NCBI RefSeq assembly: GCF_006345805.1
Contig: NC_042997.1
Span: 65,596,001 to 65,660,000 of the forward strand
Length of the DNA: 64,000 nt
Origin: Octopus sinensis
Taxonomy: Eukaryota
Direction of reading: 5' to 3'
Position 1 is the stretch's first letter; every line of letters starts with the position of its first letter. Below are positions 53,250-64,000 of the stretch, one piece after another. A program made the position numbers and the translations under genes. The notes below the pieces were generated by a model. The model was not told the origin of the DNA, did no database searches, and saw only the letters and a program-made list of their open reading frames with translations.

Positions 53250-53990
53250 GTCAATTATTTGCTTCTCAGCAAATTATGATTGTGAAAACAGACCGATCCA
53301 TCACATCAGATATAGAATTTTATTTTGTTTTTGGTAACAAGAATTCGGTTTCCCCTTCTTTATCCCACATGTATTTTTAGTGATCATTGCATCGTGATTT
53401 TATTGATTTTTCTCGAAATTCTTCTTCATTTGGACCATTATCACAATTACATAGGCGGTTTCATCCGTGATTTGACTTCAAAGAAAATAATCAAAGAATC
53501 TTTTATTTATGTCAGTTTTTAATTATAATAACTGTCCAGAATATATTTCAAGATCCGTTTTGTTAAGTGAAGATGAAATGTTTGCCAACTCAGGCATGCT
53601 GTGAAATATTTTTAAGTAAATTTTCTTGAAAACTTTCCAGTCTTTCAGCTAATGCTTTCAATACTGTTTTACAATCAGTCATTGTAATGAATTTCCCTTC
53701 AAGGTAGAATGATATCTCATTAAACTCTAGAACTATATAAGCATACATAATATACAATACTTTTTATGCTTTCATATGTCTTCAATATCTCCATCCCCTT
53801 CTAGAAAACTTAACTTTGGAAACAAACTGATACATAAATCTTACTATGTAATTTCCTTCGGAGAGTTATCTCACTTCCGTATGTAAAAAGAATCTTTCGT
53901 ATCTCTCATTCTGGTTAGAAAAACTTCTTTAACAAGTTATCATATTTGTTATGTGATTTGATATTACTATACCGCTAACTATACAACAAA
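53250..53990 (-). mobile_element. hAT (Buster/Charlie-like) transposase remnant
   Basis: ERFFLHTEVR*LSEGNYIVRF (cf. LLLHTEVRWLSKG) at about 53840-53900, then GKFITMTDCKTVLKAL..PELANISS..LKTDINKRF. Confidence 0.75.
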
Positions 53991-54891
53991 TACCTATTGC
54001 CATAAATGGAAGTAAAAAACTTCTCAGAGGTGAAGTTCCTCTATTCTTAGCTTATGGATGTTAGTGAAGGTGCTCATAGTGTATAAATCCCCACCCTTCT
54101 AAACTCAATCTCACAGACATTAACGTACTCTTACTTCCTAAAATCCTTTTCTACAACTGTTTTTTACGGCATATAATAATGTACAATTGAACACTCATAC
54201 AACGAGATTGCGTCTGTGAATGGTTCTTTTGAAACCTGCTATGACGTCTTTATCATTCCTGTTATTGAGCAATCCCCGTTATTGATAATCGACGGTTTTC
54301 TAATGAGAATATATTTTTATCAAACAGGATATTATTACAATATAAACAGATTCTCTTATATCAGTTTCTCATTATTTTCAAATAATATCTTTTCTTTTTT
54401 TTTTTAAGTTTAAAGTTCTCATTAAAATAGTGTTCATGCAACAAGCGTAGGGCCTTGTTGTCTACAAATGTAGATACAATAATCTAAAATGGGGAATTAT
54501 TTTTCTTACGTTTTTCAGTTACTTCCTTAATATTCATAGATATTTCATCATTTCTCATTTAAGTTAAATCATCCCTTTCGGTTAAATTTTTTTTAATTCT
54601 TAAAACTTTTCATGCATTACATTTAAAAACATAGCACTCTGAAATATAAACTTTACACCCGTCTCAATATGAGTATGATTTCATTTGTTGTTGAACAGTT
54701 TTTACAAACTCATTTGACATAACATTGACTTTACCCAAATTGGTATCATTTTTACAATTGCTTATTTTAGGTTCCTGTTTAAAACTAATTTTCAGTTGTG
54801 TGAGTCAGTCAACGGTTTTATTGGTTTTGTGTTGATTGTTCTTTTTTAACATGATCAACAACTCTGGAATATTTTAATAATTCATCCCACT

Positions 54892-55110
54892 AAGGCGGCG
54901 AGCCGGTAGAAACGTTAGCACGCCGGGCGAAATGCTTAGCGGTATTTCGTCTGTCTTTACGTTCTGAATTCAAATTGCATCGAGCTCGACTTTGCCTATC
55001 CTCTTTCAGGGTCGATAAATTAAGTACCGGTTGTGTACTGGGGTCGATCTAATCGACTGGTCACCTCCCCAAACACTTCGGGCCTTGTGCCTAGGGTAGA
55101 AAAGAATATT
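54892..55110 (+). mobile_element. SINE family A, full length
   Basis: aaggcggcgagccggtagaaacgttagcacg...gggtcgataaattaagtacc...agaaaagaatatt. Confidence 0.85.
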
Positions 55111-58100
55111 TCATTCCACAGAGTACAATTATATAAAAGACACAAGTGGATTATCGAAAGAGCTTTTTAATAAAATTATAAGATTATCATTTATAACAAT
55201 AAACCCATAAGATTACCATGTTAGTCATATTTTGTTTGTCTCCACATGATATTACTTACGGTTCTTGTGAAAAATGTAATAAAATAAAATTCATTGTTAA
55301 CACATTTTTAAAATATCTGAAACTGAATATCGTTGGATGTGTCATTAGAAAAATTCTGAAGTTAGTATGCAAAACCTTCGACTTTATATGCACTATTTTG
55401 TCTTTCCGAATATTTCTACCCGGTAGTATCAAAGTTATTATAATAGATCTAAGAAAACAACTTTCACTTTTATGATGATGCTACTTATAAAACTCCCCAT
55501 CTTCTTTCTAATAATCAGCCTACTTTTTCATTGACACTATTAATGGCACTAATTGCGTAGTGAAAGACTAAAATGTGAATATTAATGATGTAGAGCAGAT
55601 TTAATTGTAAGTCCTCTAGATGAAAGCAAACATTCGACACCATTTTTAATACGGAACAGTAGTAACAAAGAATTCGTTGCCTCCGTTCTCGAAACTGAAG
55701 ACATGCGGGCAAAATTATAATTAGAACAGGAATGAGAACAGCACAAAAATAACGCTTACGTATGCATCTAATTAAATATCAAGCACTAGAATATTAAAAG
55801 GAAAAACATTGATAATGACACTAAAATAACAGCCACTTACGCATGAACATTATATGCCTATCCTCCATTGAGCTACTATCATATACTTGCAATGACGGTG
55901 GCTTCCCATTGCACTTTTCGTTAAATAATTCTTTTCAATTTCTCCAACAACATAATAAAATGTCTGATCAATAAGTATCCGGACCTTTGATATAGTAACG
56001 AAGCTAAAGCACGCAGAGTAAAGCCGCTTGACACAGATTGACTTTGCCCTCCGATGTGCATGCGCACTACGTTTTAACGTTCTAGATTACTTCTGTTGGT
56101 TGCAGCAGTTCTTGGAAGGAAGGTGTGCAGCATGTGATACTTATTGATCAGACCATGTATATACTCCGAAAAGTATTTCAACACCTGGATTAGCAATTCA
56201 AAAATACTATAAATAATATCGTTACCGGAAATAACTTTTCGCCCTGCTTCAGACAATTTGTCCCCATAGAGACCATATAGGCAATGAACAACATAAGTAG
56301 CGGCAGCACTATGGAATTGACGAAAGTTTCTTTACGTTGCAATACTAAGTTCAATTATCCAGCGTGAAAAATTACTCCCAATAAATCCACATATAAGTCA
56401 TTACGATTGTTTGGCACCTCTCAGTTGCCTCATTCTAGAAACACCGATGATAAGAATAAGTTCTATGTACATACATAATTTGCGAGCGTATTAGAGACTG
56501 ACAATTTGTGTAAAGTAATAAGTGAATTTTTAAAAAAAAGTAGTCATTGTTTGAAGCTATATAATTTCGCTTGCAGCATGAATTGGAATAATCAGAGCGA
56601 TTTCCCGATGCTCACTTCCAATAAAATACGTTGCTTTATTGTGAAGTCGAAAAGAAAATATTTCATAACTCAAGGATAATTTCAGACGGATCTGATTTTC
56701 TATTATTTAGTCAGAGTAGAATGGGTTCTTCTCATGGATATACAGACCAATTGAAATGGATTATAGACTCCTTTCACTCTCTGAAAGTGAGTGAAGGCGG
56801 TTTCTCGTGTGAGATCGTTTTAAAACTACTTTTTACAGGAATGCATTTTGCTGATTTAAATATCGCCTGCATTAACTTAATATCTTAGTGTCTGGTTAGA
56901 ATCGATTAAATAAGTAAATGAAATCCGATTAGAACTTGAAATAAAAGTACATGGAACACTAGAGAATAGGCAACCACGAACATTTTGCTTATTTTCGATA
57001 TATAGATCAGCTAAATGACGAGATCGATTAGTTAAATAGAAAGCATTGGGAAAAGTCAACAAGATGACTTTTATGTAGTCATTTGACATGCTAGATATAC
57101 CCACTAAATCTTCCTAGAATCATAATATATGTCTTGATTAAGAAATAATATATAGGATATTATAAACCTAGACAAATTGATGAGTTGATCACGGCTGAAA
57201 CGAATTTGATTATAGGTTTGCTCATTCATAGCTGAGAACCACAATATTATCAATGAAATAATATTATTTCACATAATACAGAGGTATTGTGAGTAAGTAA
57301 TGTAAGTATTGACATAAATGACATGACTGAAGTAAACATTCCAACATAGTACTGAAACCGTTTCTGGTAATTTAATGGAAAGTTAACCCTTGTAAAAAGA
57401 TGCCACTGACTCACATAGATTTGTCAAAACTAACATCAGGCCTTACGATGCCGGTCCCAAAAATATTCGTCGCAAAGTTTTGAAATTAAGTAACTCTAGT
57501 CTAGAGTCTCTATGTCTGCTAAAATATTCAGAATATATTAGGAATTCCATTAGTAAGTTGTATACATTTCTTGTTGTGTCTAGGGAGAGTCATTTTATCT
57601 TTACGCCGTATTAACACACGAATTTACATAAAGAATCTTGCAAACCAGATACAAACATGTTGTCTACAGTTATGATAAAGTTTTAGCATGGAAGCATGTC
57701 TTTTGCTAACTTGCAAAGGATAAGAAATAAAATGCCGCAATAACGAAACTACTGATGTCCTTGTATTGTTGTTAGGCCTCTAAATATGTCTAATACACAC
57801 TTTCCACCCCTTCTTAAGCCAATTTCCGTAAGACGAAACCAGCGAAATACGCTCGACAAAGTCCCAGATGAATATGCTTGAGAAAACATCTTATTAGGTA
57901 CAGGTTGTATTTATTAAGTGCTAGTTGAAAGGTCACTTCCTTTGCTTAGACATCGTAGATAGCAACTTAAACTTAACAGTTCTTGAACACAGAGCGTCAA
58001 AGTACTGTTAAATATATCGAAATGAAATAATACCATTCCTATTACAATTTGATAACGTCATATGAGAAGCCGAGCTTACTCAGTAGCGAACAAAATGTCA

Positions 58101-58139
58101 TTTACTAAAACATATTTATCTCATTCTATTAAGTTTAGT

Positions 58140-58320
58140 GGGAGGGGAGTAAGTCGATTACATCGACCCAGTATTCAACTGGTACTGATTTTATCGACTT
58201 GAAAAAGATGAAAGGCAAAGCTGACCTCGGCAGAATTTGAACTGAGAACGTAAAAACCGAGGAAACCCAGCTAAGCATTTTTCCTCGGTGTGCTAACGAT
58301 CCTGCCAGCTCACCGCCTTA
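58140..58320 (-). mobile_element. SINE family A
   Basis: atgaaaggcaaagctgacctcggcagaatttgaact...ctgccagctcaccgcctta. Confidence 0.8.
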
Positions 58321-58638
58321 ATTCTATTCAGTTTAGGGTTTTATCTCAGAGAAATTGACCTGGGATGGGATGGGGAAAAAGTATTGGCTAGGCGATATAT
58401 TTAATAGTAGACTGAAATACATTCTGATGACATTGAAGATACATTTATGATTCAATTTTCTTATTATCCTTTCTAATTTAGACATGGGAATTTTCCCTTC
58501 CTAAAAGAAAGTTTTAATTTTATAGTCTTTATTGTGATAGATCGATAATGTATATCATAAAATGAAAAAAAGATGTTCTGACCGATTTTTATATGCATAC
58601 GGTTAGACAGAGAGAGATGGGGAGAGGGAGGAAGGCAG

Positions 58639-58670
<32 letters not shown>

Positions 58671-58835
58671 CATAGATGCGTGAATAAATAGATAAATATA
58701 TACATACATAAATAGTTAGGTAATTAGATATAGAGATACATAAATAGACGGGAAGATATATATATATATATATAAATTTTATATATATATACATATATAT
58801 AGAGAGAGAGAGAAGAGAGGGAGAGAGAGAGGGGG

Positions 58836-58894
<59 letters not shown>

Positions 58895-58895
58895 G

Positions 58896-58951
<56 letters not shown>

Positions 58952-59564
58952 TCATAATTAAATTACCTTTTTCGCACAGAGTTGTCACTATCTCAGACAA
59001 AAGATTCTTTAAGATCTCTAACGACATCATGATAATTGAAACAATTGTCATTGAATTACTAACCTCAAACGATGTGAAATTCACACAATATAAAATGAAT
59101 GACTAAATTGACTTAAGCAATCAATTACGATTTTCGATATTAAGGAAGTACAGTAATTTAGGATTTTCGGTAATTTAGGTATTTTTGGTAATTCGGTCTA
59201 GATTTATCTGTCAGGATTTGTTCTATTAACTCAGTATATATAATTCTTTATACAAATTTTGCTTGTCTACGACCCACTTCTTCAGAAATAGTTTGTGATG
59301 AAGAAGATATTCCTAAATTGTTGTTCTTTAGCTGAAAAGATAAAGTAATAACGTCACATTTTAAAATATATGTTCCTACGAGTGAACATGAGCACACATA
59401 ATTATGTGTGATGTTATGTATGTATGTCTTCACTTCAACATTAGGTTGAATTAATTGTTGATTTTCAAAAGGATACATTGGCATGAAAAAGTGAAAAAGT
59501 GTACACGTGCTTACTATTGTTATTAACTAAGGCAAAGGGATACGAGCATGATTTATATGTATAA

Positions 59565-59975
59565 ACATATACGTATATACATATAATCATATATATATAT
59601 ATATATAATATATATATATATTATATATATATATATATATATAGATATATATATATACGTATACATATATATATATATGTATATGTATATAAATATATAT
59701 ACATACGTATATATATATATATATATACATATACGCAAACATATATGTATATACATATACGTATACATATATATATACTTATACATATACATACATACAT
59801 ATACATATACACTCTTATATATATACATATATGTATACACATATATACATATATATGCACGTATATATATATATACATACATATATATACATATATACAT
59901 ATATATATACATATACATATATACATAGATATATATTTACGTATATATATACATATATATCTATGTATATATATA
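59565..59975. repeat. (TA)n/(TACA)n microsatellite
   Basis: Directly visible. Confidence 0.95.
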
Positions 59976-61098
59976 TAGTTGAAGGGGTAAAATCAAGCCC
60001 AGCCAAAGTCAGTAGTGGCGTTCCGCAAGGCACTGTGCTGGGCCCACTTCTTTTCATCATTTACATTAATGACATTAATGACATCATCAAGCACAGCAAC
60101 ATAAAAATCTTTGCAGATGACTCCAAGCTACAGAAGGTCATAAATGAGGCGAGTGACCGGACATGCCTTCAGTCAGATCTACTGGCTGTTATCCAATGGG
60201 CAGAAAAAAACAATATGCTGCTGAACGAGGATAAATTTGAGCTAATCCACTTTGGAAAAGAGGATGCCCTGAAACTCCCATACTCCCTTCCTTCAGGTGA
60301 AACTCTCGCGGCGTCCAACAACATCAGAGACTTGGGAGTAATTGTGGACAACAACGTAAGCTGGGCCACTCATATAAACACCAAAGTTGACATGGCCCGC
60401 AGAATGTGTTCCTGGATTCTCAGAACTTTCCAGTCGAGAGATATCCACACCATTATCCTTCTCTTCTCCACTTTTGCCCGACCCCACCTTGAATACTGTT
60501 GTCCACTGTGGTCTCCCCACACAATACAAGGTATCATAAAAGTTGAAGCACCTCAAAGGGCAATCACAAAAAAGATAGATGGCATGACAGGCCTCGACTA
60601 TTGGGGTCGACTAGAAAAGCTAAAACTCTATTCTCTCCAACGTCGTCGTGAGCGCTACATCATCTGCATGATGTGGAAAATATTCCATCAGCATTGCCCA
60701 AATGATGTTGGCATCACCTTTAAGGTACATCCAAGGCTTGGGCCCCGTGCCATCCGCCCAAAACAAAAATCGCACTCTCATCTCATAACAACAATACGGC
60801 ACAATTATTTCACCTCAATTGGCCCCGCTCTCTTTAACATTACACCAAAACACATTAAAACAGAAACTGACCCTATAGGGTTCAAGAAGTCTTTGGACAG
60901 ATTCCTTCAAGAAATCCCGGATAAACCCCCTACACCCGGATATGTCTCTGTAAACAATAACTCTCTACTTGAGTGGGCCATAGTGCCCAAATTCTGACTT
61001 GAAAGACTTCACCAGGTGGTGCTATTAAGTTAGACATGGCCTGGGCCAATAATGGCCGAAACCTATCAAAGTATCAAAGTATCAAAGTATCAAAGTAT
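59976..61098 (+). mobile_element. Young CR1-type LINE, 5'-truncated copy A; RT C-terminal frame open; (TATCAAAG)4 tail
   Basis: [38 protein letters not shown]; 8-bp tandem tail typical of CR1. Confidence 0.95.
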
Positions 61099-61133
61099 AT
61101 ATATGTGTATATATAGATATATGTATATTATAT

Positions 61134-62604
61134 ATGTCCCTTGCAGTGAATTACCGTCCGATCTCACTCACCTCTCATATCATCAAGGTATTTGAGAGGG
61201 TGGTGAGATCTCGAATAACCCAATTTCTGGAAAGCAACAGACGGCTGATCTCCAACCAACATGGGTTCCGTAATGGAAGGGACTGCCTAACGCAGCTCCT
61301 GCATCACTTTGAGGACATTTTGAGAGCTTTGGGAGAGGGCTCCAACACCGATGTCATCTACCTTGATTTCAGTAAGGCCTTCGACAGGGTCGATCACAAG
61401 ATCATATTGAAAAAACTATCCAATATTGGTGTCTCTGGAAAGTTACTGAAATGGATTAAGTGTTTCCTGACAGACAGATCTCAACATGTTGTAGTTGAAG
61501 GGGTAAAATCAAGCCCAGCCAAAGTCAGTAGTGGCGTTCCGCAAGGCACTGTGCTGGGCCCACTTCTTTTCATCATTTACATTAATGACATTAATGACAT
61601 CATCAAGCACAGCAACATAAAAATCTTTGCAGATGACTCCAAGCTACAGAAGGTCATAAATGAGGCGAGTGACCGGACATGCCTTCAGTCAGATCTACTG
61701 GCTGTTATCCAATGGGCAGAAAAAAAAATATGCTGCTGAACGAGGATAAATTTGAGCTAATCCACTTTGGAAAAGAGGATGCCCTGAAACTCTCATACTC
61801 CCTTCCTTCAGGTGAAACTCTCGCGGCGTCCAACAACATCAGAGACTTGGGAGTAATTGTGGACAACAACGTAAGCTGGGCCACTCATATAAACACCAAA
61901 GTTGACATGGCCCGCAGAATGTGTTCCTGGATTCTCAGAACTTTCCAGTCGAGAGATATCCACACCATTATCCTTCTCTTCTCCACTTTTGCCCGACCCC
62001 ACCTTGAATACTGTTGTCCACTGTGGTCTCCCCACACAATACAAGGTATCATAAAAGTTGAAGCACCTCAAAGGGCAATCACAAAAAAGATAGATGGCAT
62101 GACAGGCCTCGACTATTGGGGTCGGCTAGAAAAGCTAAAACTCTATTCTCTCCAACGTCGTCGTGAGCGCTACATCATCTGCATGATGTGGAAAATATTC
62201 CATCAGCATTGCCCAAATGATGTTGGCATCACCTTTAAGGTACATCCAAGGCTTGGGCCCCATGCCATCCGCCCAAAACAAAAATCGCACTCTCATCTCA
62301 TAACAACAATACGGCACAATTATTTCACCTCAATTGGCCCCGCTCTCTTTAACATTACACCAAAACACATTAAAACAGAAACTGACCCTATAGGGTTCAA
62401 GAAGTCTTTGGACATATTCCTTCAAGAAATCCCGGATAAACCCCCTACACCCGGATATGTCTCTGTAAACAATAATCTCTACTTGAGTGGGCCATAGTGC
62501 CCAAATTCTGACTTGAAAGACTTCACCAGGTGGTGCTATTAAGTTAGACATGGCCTGGGCCAATAATGGCCGAAACCTATCAAAGTATCAAAGTATCAAA
62601 GTAT
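61134..62604 (+). mobile_element. Young CR1-type LINE, 5'-truncated copy B (RT domain, two 1-bp frameshifts); (TATCAAAG)3 tail
   Basis: NYRPISLTSH, QHGFR, VIYLDFSKAFDRVDH, IFADD. About 99% identical to copy A over the shared ~1.1 kb. Confidence 0.95.
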
Positions 62605-64000
62605 ATATGTATATATGTACATATTTGTATATATATATATATATATATATATTATATTATATGTATATATATGTATACATATGGGTATACATATATATGA
62701 GTTTATATATATATGTATGAATGTGTATGTATATATGTATATCTATGTATTGTAATAAATGGTAATATTTACTAGTGTCTCAATCTAGAATTATATTGAA
62801 GAGTTTAACTTTGCTTTAATTCGTATCTATCGTCCCCTTTAAATCTATTTCTTTGAATAAAAATATGAACGCTTTGTTTAAAGAACATATATTTTGTGAC
62901 CTTTGGAATTTCACAATGTAAATACTTCATCATTATGGTAGAGACCAAACTCTGCAAAGCGGAATCGCTTCTGTAGTGAAACTATTACAATCCTCTTAGC
63001 TCACAATCTCACCATCATTGTAAAACCACATGCTTATTGCTAACATCTCCTGGCAATTATGTTTAACTTTAAAATGATACATCGTCATATATCAAGTATT
63101 AGTGTACATAACAATATTAATCTCGCAATTAATTTTGGAATAATCCTCTACTGAATTCAGAATCTTTTCAGGAAGGGATTTTCTTAAGAATAAACTGGAT
63201 TCTACAACATTGAGGTCCTTAAAATTTGTATTGCGTAGCATGGAGAGCAGGACAAAAACTCTTAAACACAAAAATAGAAAATTAATTATAATTTGTAATT
63301 CCCCATATAGTTTAAGTGAGCGTTCCAATATTGCTAGCAATTCCCTAAATCTAATAAATAAATATTTCACCGTAGACACTAGATACAGAATAGTTGTTGT
63401 AGTGATACCATCAAGTTAGCGGCATTTGCTCCGAAAGCTTTGCAACATCTATTACACATAAACAAAAAAAATGATTGAATCACTTTTCTGACAGAATAGT
63501 TGGCCAACTATTTTGTCGCAGGTGGAGGCTGAGTCGATTACATTGTTTCCAGCTTTTGAAAGTACCAGTGAAGCACTAGAGTTGATTTAATCGACTAAAA
63601 ATCTCCCGCTAAAATTATTAACCTTGTACCTAAATATCGATTATTATTATTTTAAAAAAGAGAAAGAAATTGTTTTTGTTATCGTTTTTATTTTTGTTAC
63701 ATTAGCTTCGCTGGAGACTATGGTTTGTGACGTCTAAACCATAAAATTGGCAATACTGTCAATACTTTTCCAAGCAAGGCACCATTTAACTGTCATTAGG
63801 CCACATAGGAAAGCAAATATTTTTGGATTTTAAATCCTGGAACAGTGGTTCTCAATCGCTTTGTGTTTGCGGCGCTCTAAAGATTAAACCAAAATCTTAC
63901 TGGCGCGTTTCAAATGGAAAGTTAAAAATAGCCGATTCATTCCACAATGGAAGCTTAAAAATAATCATGTTTTCAAGTCAGAAATTTAGAAAACAAACAG

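Noticed and set aside
54892-54985. tRNA gene
   Set aside because: A/B boxes belong to a SINE head; it has no cloverleaf and continues into the SINE body.
59831-59975. N-terminal part of the 388-aa ORF
   Set aside because: Stop-free TA microsatellite running in frame into a truncated RT; not a real fusion protein without expression evidence.
63843-63910. hAT MITE starting cagtggttctcaa
   Set aside because: Only one TIR-like end is visible before the window ends.

Overview
AT-rich eukaryotic DNA dense in microsatellites and transposon remnants, with no host protein-coding exon that I can recognise, so it is probably intronic or intergenic. The SINE and microsatellite make-up resembles an Octopus (cephalopod) genome; this is inferred from recognition, not from a search. 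Contents: (i) three 5'-truncated CR1-type LINE copies with open or nearly open RT frames; (ii) several decayed R4/Dong-type RLE retrotransposons embedded in (TAA)n tracts; (iii) RTE-clade LINE remnants; (iv) mariner, Tc1-like and hAT transposon remnants, MITEs and a non-autonomous Helitron-like element; (v) three tRNA-derived SINE families and a 5S-derived remnant. The most notable signal is a set of non-coding tandem or inverted repeat families carrying minimal hammerhead-ribozyme motifs with palindromic stem III, as in Penelope pLTRs and retrozymes. The best case is a ~556-bp unit present at 22.5 kb and as a 2.2-kb head-to-head array at 43.5-45.6 kb with four ribozyme motifs. All coordinates were read by eye and may be off by a few bases.
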